NCBI GenBank assembly: GCA_965112735.1
Contig: OZ218950.1
Coordinates: 5,828,001 to 5,892,000, forward strand
Direction of reading: 5' to 3'
From: Phaeosaccion multiseriatum
Taxonomy: Eukaryota > Protista > Ochrophyta, other classes
DNA: 64,000 nucleotides
Shown one piece after another: positions 49,014-62,430 of the stretch (positions are counted from its first letter, which is position 1; every line of letters starts with the position of its first letter). Below the pieces are notes generated by a model. The model made no database searches and was not told where the DNA came from. It worked only from the letters and a program-made list of their open reading frames with translations. The position numbers and the translations under genes were made by a program.

Positions 49014-51432
49014 GGGTCCAGCCTCTGCGTCTTCCTGGGCATCTGCTCCACCACAAAGACGCTGTCCACGTCACGTACAAAGGCCTTTGGAGGCATATGG
49101 GCAAGGAGGCGGCGTATGGGATCAGAGCACAGCAGAGAGGAGGGTTGGGCGGTGTAAAGCAAGGAGACCCAAGTAGACCAAGCAGCCAGACCCAAGTAGA
49201 CCAAGCAGCCAGACGCACGCGTGACCTGTCGTAGAGAAGAGTGAACCCTTCCCACACCTCTGGCCCCCCTCTGCCTCCCCTAATTACGTAAGCTTACTGC
49301 CTCTCGCATGCCTCTCAGGGTTAAGCCTCTCTTCTCATATGCCTCTCATATGCTTGTATACATACATACCTACACTCTCCCATACATACATACATACATA
49401 CAGACATACATACATACATACATACATACATACATACATACATACGTACATACATACATACATACATACATACATACATACATACATACATACATACATA
49501 CATACATACATACATACATACATACATACATACATACATACATACATACATACATACATACATACATACATACATACATACATACACACATACCTTGTAG
49601 CGGATGAGGAGGGTCCCGTCTGCCGGACTCACACCCTTTTGCCCCCCCGGACCGGCGTAGTGAGCGCACAAAGTGGACAACTCGTCATCGGAGAGGGCAG
49701 GGTGCCCTGCCATACACACGCCCCGAGCGAACTGAGCCTGTGTTACCATGCCTTTGTTGGGTTGTTAGAGGGAGTTGGAGTTTTGAGATTTTGTGTGTGG
49801 TAATGGTGGTGTGGGATGGAGTGGTGCGTTGGAGGGGCGGTTAGGTAGGTAGGCAGGTAGGTAGATAGGTGGGTAGGTACGTGGGTAGGTAGGTGGGTAG
49901 GTAGGTAGGTAGGTAGGTAGGTAGGTAGGTAGGTAGGTAGGTAGGTAGGTAGGTAGGTAGGTAGGTAGGTAGGCAGGTAGGTAGGTAGGTAGGTAGGTAG
50001 GTAGGTAGATACGTAGGTGGGTAGGTAGGTAGGTGGGTAGGTGGGTAGGTAGGTAGGTAGGTAGGTGGGTAGGTAGGTAGGTGGGTAGGTAAGTGGGTAG
50101 GTAGGTAGGTGGATAGGGAGGTAGGTAGGTAGGTGGGTGGGTAGGTAGATGGGTAGGTAGGTAGGTAGGTGGGTTGGTAGGTAGGTGGAGAGGTAGGTAG
50201 GAAGTAATGAGGTGGGTAGGTAGTGAGGTGGGTAGGTAGATAGGTGGGTAGGTAGGTGGGTAGGTTGGTACGTAGATGGGTAGGTGCGTAGGTAGGTGGG
50301 TAGGTAGGTGGGTAGGTAGGTGGGTAGGTAGGTAGGTGGGTAGGTAGGTGGGTTGGTAGGTGGGTAGGTACGTGGGTCGGTAGGTTGGTGGGTAGGTAGG
50401 TAGGTAGGTAGGTAGGTGGGTAGGTAGGTGGGTAGGTAGGTAGGTGGGTGGGTAGGTAGGTGGGTAGGTAGGTAGGTAGGTGGATAGGTAGGTAGGCAGG
50501 AAGTAATGAGGTGGGTAGGGAGGTAGGTTGGTAGGTAGGTAGGTAGGTAGGTAGGTGGGTAGGTAGGTAGGTAGGTGGGTAGGAAGGAAGGAAGGAGGGA
50601 GGTAGGTAGGTAGGTAGGTAGGTGGGTAGGTAGGTAGATTGGAGGGATGGAGGGGTGGAAGAAGGGGGCTTGTTAGATGCAAGACGTGGGTGGGTGCTGG
50701 GGATGCAAGTTGCGCTGGGGTGGGGAGATAGGAGAAGGAGAAGGCGAGAAGAAGGAGAAGAAGGAAGAGGACGAGAAGGAGGACGAGGAGGAGGACGAGG
50801 AGGAGGAGAAGGAGGAAAGACGAAGGCGAAATATCTGCATGCCTCCCTTTCTCCCTTTCTCCCTCCCTTCTTCCCTCCCTCCCTCCTTCCCCCCTTCCCT
50901 CCTTCCCTCCCTCCCTCCTTCCCTCCCTCCCTCCCTCCCTCCCTCCCTCCCTCCCTCCCTCCCTCCCTCCCTCCCTCCCTCCCTCCCTCCCTCCCTCCCT
51001 CCCTCCCTCCCTCCCTCCCTCCCTCCCTCCCTCCCTCCCTCCCTCCCTCCCTCCCTCCCTCCCTCCCTCCCTCCCTCCCTCCCTCCCTCCCTCCCTCCCT
51101 CCCTCCCTCCCTCCCTCCCTCCCTCCCTCCCTCCCTCCCTCCCTCCCTCCCTCCCGCCCTCCATCCATCCCTCCCTCGCCTTGCTCACCTATCTTATGCT
51201 TATCATAGTCCACAAAGGCCTCGGAAAGCCTGGAGCGGGAAACCGTCGTAGTGTCCCGAAAGTCCGCCAGGAGGGCATGCAGATCCCGCGAACGGCTCCT
51301 CCCAAACAGCTGAATGCCCGTTCGGTTCGCCCCAGACAGTAACACACCACTCCCGCCGCCACCTGGACTGCAGTGATACGGCACATCGCTCCCCACACCA
51401 TCACCACTGCTGCCACTGCTGTCATCGCCAGT

Positions 51433-51493
<61 letters not shown>

Positions 51494-51760
51494 TTCTTCT
51501 CTGACTTCTCCTCTTGTCCGCTGCTCCCCCCGCTTCGCATGGCCATTTGTCCCGGGCGAGGAGCCGGAGTGGCAGCAACAGCAGGAGCAGTTGGTGATAC
51601 AGCAGCAGCACCAGTGCCATCTGTGCATGAGGCTGCATCGCCCCCAGCCCCTTGCTCCACCTCTCTCAGAAAGTCTCGGTAGTTGACAAAGGTGCCCCGG
51701 GGAGCGCTGTGCGTGTGGTAGTTGTCCGCGGCGAAGCGCTCACAGAGGAGACCGACGAGT

Positions 51761-51805
<45 letters not shown>

Positions 51806-52943
51806 GGGGGTTTATGGGGAGGGGGAGGGGGTGAGGGGCGTGTGTATGTTTGGTACAAGCAGGGGGTAGGGGGTGATGATGTGTGGGTGGGAGGGGAAGG
51901 GAGGGAGGGAGGGAGGGAGGAGGAGGAGGAGGAGGAGGAGGAGGGGGAGGAGGAGGGGGAGGAGGAGGAGGAGGAGGAGGAGGAGGAGGAGGAGGAGGAC
52001 GAGGAGGAGGAGGAGGAGGAGGAGGAGGAGGACGAGGAGGAGGAGGAGGACGAGGAGGAGGACGAGGAAGAGGAGTAGGAGGAGGAGGAGGACGAGGAGT
52101 AGGAGGCGGGGGAGGAGGAGGAGGAGGAGGAGGAGGAGGAGGAGGAGGAGGAGGAGGAGGAGGAGCAGGAGGAGCAGGAGGAGGAGGAGCAGGTGGGGGT
52201 GGGTGGCACTGTAGCGCAGCGGAAGCGCTGGACGCACTGCACGCATACACACATGCACACACACACGCACTCACTCACGCACTCACTTACGTACGTAGTC
52301 ACTCACGCACACACCCACTCACCTCCTATTGAGCGGCAACAGCCTGTGGCGGCTCAACGCCCTTTCGAACTGATCTCTGGGGATGGCCATCTCATGCCGA
52401 GTGTCGAAGTCAGTGAACACGGGCAGCAGGAGGATACGCTCCCGCACTATCTCCGTACGCATCACCTCCAGTGCATCCTAAGGGGGAGGGGGAGGGGAGG
52501 GGAGGGGAGGGGAGGGGAGGGGAGGGGAGGGGAGGGAGGGAGGGAGGGAGGGAGGGAGGGAGGGAGGGAGGGAGGGAGGGAGGGAGGGAGGGAGGGAGGG
52601 AGGGAGGGAGGGAGGGAGGGAGGGAGGGAGGGAGGGAGGGAGGGAGGGAGGGAGGGAGGGAGGGAGGGAGGGAGGGAGGGAGGGAGGGAGGGACGGACGA
52701 CGGACGGAGGGACGGAGGGAGGGACGGAGGGAGGGACGGAGGGAGGGACGGAGGGAGGGAGGGAGGGAGCAGGGTAAGTTTCCGGGGAACACACGCACGC
52801 ACTCACGCACACACACAATGGGACGCACGCACGTACCTCAAGGGCCGCGACATCCTGGGGCGACCTCTCTTCCTTCTCCTCATCACCATTGGCACTTCCT
52901 CGGCGGGTGGTACCGACAGCACCAACAGCAGAAGCAGTACGAG

Positions 52944-52981
<38 letters not shown>

Positions 52982-54056
52982 CGCTTCGCACTATTGTGGA
53001 CAATAGCAGGAGGCCTACCACCATTACCACCATTACCACCATTACCACCATTGGTAGCCATGGTGGCCTTGAGGTCGTCCGTCTCCCTCTGCAGGGCCTG
53101 CTTAGCGCAGACTGCGGTGAGGTCGGAGAGGAAGCGTCCTTGGGACACCTTGCCGCCGTGGGCACGGTCGGCGTAATGCGAGAGGAGGGTGGAGATCTGG
53201 GCCTCGCTCAGTGGCGTCCTGTGGAGAGGGACGGGAGGGTAGAAGAGAGGAAAGGAGGGTTTGCCGCCACAAGCATCATTTCCAGCGGCAGCAGCAGCAG
53301 CACCAGCAGCACCAGTCGCAAAAGCAGAATCAGTAGGGCCAGCAAGAGCAGCAGCAAAAACCACAGTGGCAAGCCCACCCCATCCTACCTCACCCTACCT
53401 CACCCTACCATACATCGCCGTACCACACCCCACCTCCTCCTCCTCCTCCTCCCTCACCCGTCTCCTCCTCTTCCTCCTCCTCCTCCTCCTCCTCCACCAC
53501 CCCACCTCTTCCACCCCACCTGAAGCAAGCATGTATGCCGTGGATGAGGTCGCTTGGCGAACACAGACCGCTGTGGCTTGCCGTCTTGCGCATCGAGTTG
53601 AAGAAGAAGTCCGTGACCTTCGCCCGCACATGCACACACACACGCGCACATCACGACAGTAGCAGGAGGAGAAGGCGGAGGGAGGGTAAGCGGCAGATTG
53701 AATGAGAGAAGAAGCGATGAGGAGGGCACACAAGTGCACACACACGCGCGCATACACGCACACACGCAGGCACACCGACACACACACACATACACACGCA
53801 CACACGCACGCACACACACACGCACACACGCACACACACACACACACACACGCAGACACACACACATACACACACACGCACGCACACACACACACGCACA
53901 CACACACGCAGGCACACCCACACACACACATACACACGCACACACGCACACACACACACACACACACACGCAGACACACACACATACACACGCACACACA
54001 CACACGCACACACACACACACGCACACACACAGACACACCCACCCACACACACACA

Positions 54057-54101
<45 letters not shown>

Positions 54102-54335
54102 CTGCTTTACCTGGAGCCTCCTGGCGTTGGTCTCCATGGCGAGGAGCGTGAGAAGCTCCGTGATACCATTGTTGCCTCCACTCTGGCTCTCGTGCATCTA
54201 TCGGGAGGGAGAGTTTCAGTTTCGGTCAGTATCGGGAGGGAGAGTTTGAGTTTCAGTCTAGCTCTGTATATCGATATCGAGGCGCTCTGGAGGAGCAAGA
54301 GCATGGGGCGATTAATTGTTCATGTGATGGAGCTA

Positions 54336-54371
<36 letters not shown>

Positions 54372-54622
54372 GTCTCTCTTCCGTATCGGTCTTTCAACGC
54401 CGCACCCCACCGCACCGCACCTGAAGAACTCTTCGCTCGAGGCTCGAAGCGAGAATCCCGCCCTCCTTCTCCATAACCTGACACCAGGTGCGTGGGTGCG
54501 TGCGTGCGTGCGTGCGTGCGTGTAATTGGGCCAACGTCGTTGGTCATTACCAGCGACGGGGGGGTGATTGAGTACAAGGTTAGCGAGCAAGGAGCGAGGG
54601 CAAGTGGAGCTGGAGTCCCCTC

Positions 54623-54659
<37 letters not shown>

Positions 54660-55095
54660 GTGTTGTCAAAGGCGAGAGAAGAGATAGGGAGAGAGACAGC
54701 GGTAGAACACAAAGCCTCGCCGAGGTGAACGCACCCACACTCATGTATGTACCCACACGCACGCCCCCACACACGTATTCGCACGCACACAAACCAATAC
54801 ACACCTGGTCGTGCAGGGCCTTGTAATTGCACATTCTTGCTTCCAAACCGGGCCCGTCCACCCGCAGAGTGAAGGCTCGGGCCAGAACGTGAGCGTACTC
54901 CTCGGGCCGCAGCAGCTTGTATTCATCCAGAAGACCGTATTGACTAAAGGGTTGGTTGGTTGGTTGGTTGGTTGGTTTTTGTGGTGGTTGGTTGGTTGGT
55001 TGGGTGGGTGGGTGGGTTGGATGTTTGATTTTGATGTGGAAGGAAGGAAGCCAAACCGGGAACGAACTTTAGCCCAGAGCGATGAGGATCAGAGC

Positions 55096-55144
<49 letters not shown>

Positions 55145-56828
55145 CAGACGGACGAAGAAACTTCCGATCGTTCAGTGATATTGACGCAAGCCATTCATTG
55201 ACTTACGAGAGCACTCGCACAAACTGCTCCCCGCTGACCAGCCCCACGCAGTTTCGATCGTAGTCCTGGAAGAGGAGCTTCACCACTCCGCCCTTCATCG
55301 CGCAGCTGCGGCGAATGTCCTCCAGCATAGCCTGCAGAACGGGGGGGGGGGGCGAAGGGAAGGGGATGGGAGGGGATGGAGAGGAGGCTGGGGTGAGAGA
55401 GAGGGTGTGCGGGTGGGGGCAGGGGGAGAGAGGGACACAGAGAGAGAGAGAGAGGAGAGAGGATAGAGGAGCAAGAGAAGTAGCAGCAGTTGGTGATACA
55501 GTCGTAGTACCACTCTACCTGTACGCGGATCCTCTCTTGTGGCTTGACGTGCTCGCTGTCCACACCAAACGAGGGCTTGTGCATCTTGGGGTCTGCACGG
55601 ACGGGGACCTTGCCCGGAGTACGGTGCAGGCCCTTCAGGACGAACACCTGTCCACAGAGGGAGGGGAAGGGCAGAGGGTTGCAGTTGCAGTTGCAGTTGC
55701 AGTTGCAGGTTATTGACGCAAGGGAGGGTAGGCGGAACGGAATGTGTTGATGATGGGCCGGCAGGTTGGCAGGCAGGTAGACAGGCAGGCGGGCACGTGG
55801 GTGGGTAGGTAGGAAGAAGTAGGTTCTGCTGACCGGCAAGGCCCACCAAGCTCCCATCTGCTGCCATCTGCGTCACTTGGTTCCCCTTCCCCACCTTGTT
55901 GGCCTGGTCACAGAATCGGGTGTATTCGATCATGTCGGGGTCTGCGGGCGATTGGTAGCGGTTCATGAGAATCTCCAGTTCCTCGTTGGACAGCCTTTGT
56001 AAGGAAGGGAGAAGAGAAGGCCATGTTGATGACCATGTTGATGATGCATGAAAGGTGCCGGTGAAAGCGGGCGTGAGCTTGTTGTTGTTGTTGTGGGGGG
56101 GGGGTGCTGAATGAAATGAGGAAAACAAGGGGAGATGCGCAGGTGTGACGATGGTGATCTTGCTACAGGAGGTGCAACCACTCAAGAGATGCACCTCATC
56201 GTACTAGGCCTTAATTGTGCGCAAATAGCAACGCTGTTGTGCTCCCCTCTCCCTCCTTCTCGCTCTAGTGTTTGCGTCATTCGCCCTCCCCCCCCCCCTC
56301 TTTCTCACTCCAGCTCCCTCTGCTTTTTGTTGCCTTTTACTGCTTTTACTCTTGTGCTCTCGCTTGCTGGCACGGCCGACCTACCTGATTCCCGCCAGGT
56401 CCATGGCTCTCCGGAAGGATGTCCTCGTGACCTTCTTCAGGGCGTGCAAGTCGTAGGTGGAGAAGAAGTCCTCGAGCCGCAGCCGGTTGTTACGGACGTG
56501 TACACGAACCTTTTGATATCAACATGCGCAGCACAAATGCCATCCAGATGATGATGATGATGATGATGGAAACGAAATTAAGGTCAAACAAAAGGAGAGG
56601 AAGGGGAAAGTTGCCTTTCCTTGCCAGTGGCATTTTCTCTGATATTCTCTTCTTCCCTTCCTTCCAGAAGCTTACCTTGTCTTTGATGGGTCTCACGATG
56701 CTGTCTTCCCCCTTGATCATGTGGCGAGGCCTCGTGGGCAGCGGATCTGAGCTCATTGTGTTGACACTAAGGAGGCTGGGGGCCGACAAGGACATGCCCA
56801 GGTTCGATTTCATCACCTCTGCCACCAT
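46527..56828 (-). CDS. multi-EF-hand repeat protein, CFAP115-like (putative ciliary)
   Basis: Repeated module: [23 protein letters not shown]...FRRAM; [22 protein letters not shown]; [15 protein letters not shown]; [31 protein letters not shown]; each followed by a IEYTRFC/VNYRDFL/IDYRAFL-type motif. More than 12 exons with SSR-filled introns. The specific family assignment is from memory. Confidence 0.72.
47296..47488. repeat. pure (GGA)n array
   Basis: About 190 bp uninterrupted, intronic. Confidence 0.97.
49381..49592. repeat. (CATA)n microsatellite = (GTAT)n starting at the splice donor
   Basis: Directly visible; abuts the donor GT at 49592-49593 on the - strand. Confidence 0.95.
49841..51175. 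repeat. compound (GGTA)n and (CCCT)n arrays filling one intron
   Basis: Degenerate (GGTA/GGTG)n at 49841-50638 and (CCCT)n at ~50860-51175. Confidence 0.95.
52483..52769. repeat. (GGGGA)n/(GGGA)n intronic array
   Basis: Directly visible. Confidence 0.95.
53737..54098. repeat. (CA)n degenerate intronic microsatellite
   Basis: Directly visible. Confidence 0.95.
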
Positions 56829-57066
56829 CCTGTCCTCCTTCTTGTGCTTCCTGGCAGTCTCCTCAGCTGGCTGCTTTTGTACTTTAGTCCTCGCTATACA
56901 TCTGGCCCTTTACCGAGTATGGACACAGGGCGGGCCTCGGCTCCGGCTCACAGGAAACTTGGCGTTTCATTTTCATTGGCTTATTCAAAAGGAAAGTTGT
57001 CCAGCAAGGAGTACTTAGCAAAAGGCCCAGAAGAGCTTCAAAGGGTAGAGGAGGGCCTTTACTGAG

Positions 57067-58593
57067 ATGGTGATGGAGGAAGAGCAGTCACAGGGAGGCA
57101 GCGAAGCCTCGCCGAATGGCGGGGACGACGCGAACAAGACAAAGGAAGTGGTGTACGTGACGCCAGACGATCTCTCGATGCACAACTGCGCTGAGGATTG
57201 CTGGGTCAGCCTCTTTGGAGAGGTACGTAGCTATAGAAAAGCGGGAAGGAAACGAAGACAGCCGGGACCTGCTGGAGGAAGCGACCAGCCAGTCTCTCCT
57301 CTGAGGCAGTGTCGCTTCCGTTACTCGGTACGGAGGGACGGAGGGCTCCCCTCCCTCGCCCACATCCCCACTCCACTCTGCCTTAGGACCTACTCTGAAC
57401 CCCTCCCCCCTCCCCCTGTACGTGTACCTCCCCTCGTGATCTTGATTTCTCAGGTGCTGGACTTGACCAAGCTTGTGAAGGAGCACAGCGGCCCATTAGC
57501 AGACCCCCTCATCGCTGCCGCAGGCACGGACATCACGCACTGGTTCAACGCCAACACCGGGGACCCAAAAATGTACGCCGCGCAACCCCATCATCCTCTG
57601 CACCGCTCTCGTATTCGAGTCCCCCCTTCCTCCTCACTTGCGTACGTCCCAAGTCGCAAGCCCCTTGACCAAAAGGAAGAGTGGTTTGACGCACACCTCC
57701 TGTCTTCTGCACCGCTTCCTGTTTGGTTCACTCGGTCGTACGCCCCTTCGTCCCTCCCCTTGCCCATTTCCTCACGCCCCCCTCCCCTCCCTTTTCCTTT
57801 CCTGTACCGCCCCCCCCCATCCCCGTCGCACTGGCCTGGCCTGGCCTGCCGTGTGCGCGCAGGGCTGTATCCGCCGAGACGGGCTTGCTCCTGCCGTACA
57901 CCCCCTTGGGGCGCTTCATTCACGTGCCGCCGCCCTTCCCAACATCGGCGTGGCAAACAAACTTCGGCTTGCCTTGGTGGAAAGACCCGACTCTCTCTAT
58001 TGGACAGGTGGGTGAATAAGGGGAGGGTGAATAACGGGAGGCTCTCGTCTTTCTTTGACCAAAGGGAATCAGCAGCACACCTGGCCCCGCTTGAATGTGT
58101 GTGTGTGGGTATTGTCTTGTGCTCTCTAGTCCCCTCATCCCTTGCGCCCGATCTACAGGGTCCGAAATAAACTTTCCACTCCCCCCTCCCTCCCTCCACC
58201 TCACCCCACCCCCCGTCCTCAGATGACGCGCAAGGCTCGGCGAGTGCGAGTAGTGAACATGCTAGCAAAGACCGAGGACGACTTAGTGGTGGCCAAGGAG
58301 GACACAATAAAGGACATTCAGGCCCGCTACGTCAACTACAATGCACACGCAGCAAGCTACACGTGGAAGGCTCTGAAGGACGATGTGAGTACGATGCGAA
58401 TCGTTTTCGAGGGTGCTCTGCTTGTGTGTGCTTTTGCTCGTGTGAGTGCTGCTGTGAGGTCAGGACTCGCGTGTGTCAGGGCTAGGGCTCGGTCGTTTGT
58501 TGGCGCCCTGTCTCTTTTGCTTTGAAAGGAGACTGGATGGGCCCTTCGCCTTCCCCCTTTGTACTACTGCGTTACTGCTGCTGCTGCTGCTCC

Positions 58594-58633
<40 letters not shown>

Positions 58634-59110
58634 GTGATGGTGTGGAAATTCACATCAGGTCGCCCCCCTCGAACTCCACCCACCACGATCCACTCCCCTC
58701 CTCCTTCCCTTGGGTGCTATTCCACCTTGGCCGCCTCTCTGCCCCTCCTGTTGTTGATAGTAGAAGGTCTTCTGCTTCTCCGGAACCTTCTTTGTTCACA
58801 GTGGGCTTGGTTCTTCCAACAAATCTCCCTCACTCCCCGTCGCCCTGACCCTCTCCCTCTTCTCTCCCTCTCCCTCTCCCCTCCCCCGCCCCTCTCCCTC
58901 TTCTCCGCCTCCGTATCATCCCCCCTCCCTCCCTGTATGTCTATCCGTCTGCCTTTCTGACAGGCGTTCTTCTCAGTGGACATGGGCCTGACCCTGGAAG
59001 AGAACGGGGTGGCGGATGACGACTCGGAAATGGAGCGTTTGCAGATCGAAGACGATTACTACACACCGGTCTTGCACATTTACTTCAACGATGATCTCAC
59101 TATAGCTTGA
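57067..59110 (+). CDS. CYB5D1: cytochrome b5 domain-containing protein 1 (ciliary radial-spoke associated)
   Basis: YVTPDDLSMHNCAEDCWVSLFGEVLDLT, AAAGTDITHWF, YTPLGRFIHVPP, PWWKD, RYVNYNAHAASYTWK, TLEENGV and YTPVLHIYFNDDLTIA*. Five exons, GT-AG introns. Confidence 0.93.
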
Positions 59111-59949
59111 GGACAAGACAGATAGAGACAGAAAGCGGGAGAGAGAGAGAGATATAGAGTGCGGCTCTTCCTCCTTCTCCTTCCTGCTGTATGGAAGACG
59201 AAACACCACAATTCGTAAAAAAAATGCCCACGAAATGGGAAATGTATATTGGCGTACTCTACTTTACTTGCCTCTCTCTGCTGATACTGAGAGACGTTTT
59301 CCCCTTGCAATACTTCGTGCCGGCACAAGGCGGCCGAGGAGAAACCAACTGTCCATCTTGGCGACAAAAGGTTCCTGCATCATGATCATCTAGAGGAGGC
59401 TCTCGCAGATGACTAACCCGCTAACCCGACACCATCGATGGGGTGGTAAAGCATACTCTCTCTATCGTTGAGCAACGGAGTAGTCACCAAACTGACTTGC
59501 ACGTATGTGTGACCTTATGTACATCCAAAGTAACCTTCCAAACCAACAACAACAACAACAACAACAACAACAAAACACCTAATATAAGGAGGTGGGGCCC
59601 CTTTCCATCCCTCCACCCTTCCTTCCCCTTACCCGCTGCCAACCTTCGCACAGTTAGTACCTAAGCTCTCTCTCTCTCTCTCTCTCTCTTCCGCCACGCC
59701 CTCCTTCTCGCAGGCCTCCTCACCCGTCAGGCCAGACAGAGAATTCTGCCGGTGAGGTCCTCCGTTGGGGTGAGTTGGTCGCGCAGACATGTGTATTTGG
59801 GGGGTTCGCGTGGCTCTACTCGGTCCGCCTGCTGTGCTCCTCTCCTATACAAGTACAGGATCGATGTCATTGATGGAAGGGGTCAATCATCATCTGAAAC
59901 TGCAGACTTATACATGTCCCTCGTGCTCCTCCTCTTCGATCTTCGGCTC

Positions 59950-60597
59950 TCAGCGCCGCGTCCCTAAGTCCTGTCCACAGGAGCTGCAGTTGTAGTCCGT
60001 TTTCATGCAGGCAGGAATGCTGTCGTCGGAAGGAGAGAGAGAGAGAGGGAGATAGAGGGAGAGAGAGACAGGGAGAGAGAGGGAGAGAGAGAGAGCAGGA
60101 CAAGCACGGGAGGGAGGGGGGAGGGGGTGGGCAGGGAAGCGGGAATAAGGTGTCGGTGAGTGGACAATACGGGAGGGAGGGAGGGAGGGAGGGAGTGGAC
60201 TGTGCACCGATGGGACAAGACCCTGAAGGAAACAGATCATCGCCTGTCAGGGGCGTGGATAGGAAGGCGCGCGGGCGACATGCCAGACAGACAGCAGCCT
60301 CGGCAGGTGGGCAAGCGGTAGTGGTGGGACAGGCATGGGACGGGCAAGATAAGGCAGCAGCAAGGAAGGCTTATAACAACAAGATGGGCGCGTGCTAACA
60401 CCATGCCGCGACGTGACATGGGCGTGTGCGTGGGAGGCGTCGTGCCGGTGCCGGTGTGCACTCACACGAAGGGAATCCAGGCGAGGAAGAAGGCTCCAAC
60501 CAGACACAGAAGGATGCAGCTGATCCAGGCAACCGATTTGGGCTTCACTCTGTGTGTACGGACATGGCCGAGATCAGAGAAGATGTGGCAAAAGAAG

Positions 60598-60657
<60 letters not shown>

Positions 60658-60741
60658 CAGTAGTAGTAAGAATAGGAGTAGCAGTAGTAGTACAAGTAGT
60701 AGTAGCAGGAGTAGCAGGAGTAGCAGGAGTAGTAGGAGTAG

Positions 60742-60813
<72 letters not shown>

Positions 60814-61861
60814 CAAAGCAACGACAAGGGTGAGGGGGGTTGGGGGCGTGAGAAAGGAGAGAAGAAAGGACGGACTTTGGGAGGGGGACTTTGGATGATG
60901 CAAACACATGCACGCACGAATGAAACGCACGTGGTCAGCACGAGGTCCCTCCAGATGGAGACACAGCGTGGAGAGGATAATGCATAGGACATGCCATTGA
61001 CAAAGCAGCTGCAAATGGACCAGTTGTCGTAACACCACAACAATGATCTCTTGCTGCACCTACTTTGTCCGTGTCAATCCCGCGTTTCCACACCGAGGGC
61101 AGGTCCCAAGAGTGCTCTGGTAAAGAAGAGAGAGAGAGGCGGGTCAGGGAGACAAGAAGGAGGTGTAAGTGCATGAAAGGGCCAGCGAGTGAGCGCGCCT
61201 TTTGGCTCAGAGAGGCCGGAAGGGTCCAAGCGCCAAGCCAAGCTTTGGGCGTTCTCGCGAACCCTCGCCCCCCCAAAGCGTGGATCCATCCTTCCCTCGT
61301 CCCTCATCGCACCACAGAGCCACCTTTGTACCTTCACTCCCCCTCTTGTCCCCGTCTGGAGAGCAATGCTTGTCTCCACTACCACCAACCAACCCCTTGC
61401 ACAGAATTTCATCGCTTCTCTCTTTACTTTGCACTCACTGTATGTCCAACGCTGCCGCCGCCCCCCGACGGCCCATTATTATTCACGCTGACTATAACCG
61501 GCGCAGTCTGCTGGCTTGGCTGAGCAGGCACCGCATATACTACTCCGGGCTGCTGCGGCTGCTGCTGCTGCTGGCTATGCTGATACATTGGCTGCTGCTG
61601 ATACGAAGGCTGTTGTGAGATGGGGCGCTCGATCCACTGCTGGGGCTGACCCATGGGCTGCGGCTGTTGCTGCTGCTGGTGTTGCAGAGGCGGCTCGGGC
61701 GGCACTGCCTGTGCACTGTGCTGACTCGTGCCCCCCCCCCCATTCATGTGAAAGAAGGGGCTCGCTTGGTAAGAGGAAACCGGGACGGCTTGAGGGACGC
61801 CTGTTTTATCCATGTCCGGTGAGTAAGGGGGAGGTGCCCCAGGGGCAGACGGGTGCGACAT
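59950..61861 (-). CDS. LITAF: LITAF-domain protein
   Basis: Exons 61861-61439, 61116-61064, 60549-60466 and 60019-59950 splice in frame to TCPRCGNAGLTRTKVKPKSVAWISCILLCLVGAFFLAWIPFVIPACMKTDYNCSSCGQDLG (CxxC-hydrophobic-CxxC). P/Q-rich N-terminus with PSAP and PPPY. Confidence 0.9.
60600..60812. repeat. (TAG)n intronic microsatellite
   Basis: Directly visible; lies in LITAF intron 2. Confidence 0.95.
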
Positions 61862-62430
61862 CGTCTTTGGAAAGCCCTTGTATATATATACCTGAGGGGA
61901 AAGAGATCCGTCCTCTTCTGTCTTACTAAGGCCAAACTTTCGGTAAGTAACATTCCTCTAACAGCATTTTTATTTATGACGCCATTATGCCATTATTGCT
62001 TCGACGACGTTTGACGACGTTTGAACCCCTCTTTTACCCACTTTGAAGCCCCCTGTTTTGACGCACTTTGACGCCCTTTGACGCCCTTTGATCTTAATTC
62101 GCCTTAATTTCGTCTGAAATTCCTTCTCTCTCCTTTTTCCTTTTCACTTTTCACTCAATGCCTCCACTAGAGTGGAGAGAAGCTGCTAACAGGCCCTAGG
62201 CCCTCATGCACACAAGTCAATTTGGACCACGGGTACGTCACGCGCACTCCACCCACTTTCAGTTTCAGTTTCTTATACTTGCACGTGTCATCCCTCCACT
62301 CGAAGGCGCCAACTTCTCTCAATTGAGGGGATGATATATGATATTGCTATTTTGGTTTCCATTATGAGATATAGTATACGGCTTTCCCATACTTTGACGA
62401 GACAGAGATGCCCCTCTTGCTTAAGGTGAC

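Noticed and set aside
49765-52302. 845-aa ORF with PTYL/GGRE/poly-S repeats
   Set aside because: Mostly translation of stop-free intronic microsatellites; only ~51189-51760 is a plausible exon.
59413-59428. Telomere-like CTAACCCG doublet
   Set aside because: Only two imperfect units at an internal position; not an array.
59820-59910. Possible C/D-box snoRNA (ATGATGA on the - strand)
   Set aside because: No downstream CTGA box D or terminal stem was seen.
60932-60955. Possible 18-nt micro-exon of LITAF
   Set aside because: Exon 61116-61064 already splices in frame to 60549 and gives a complete LITAF domain.
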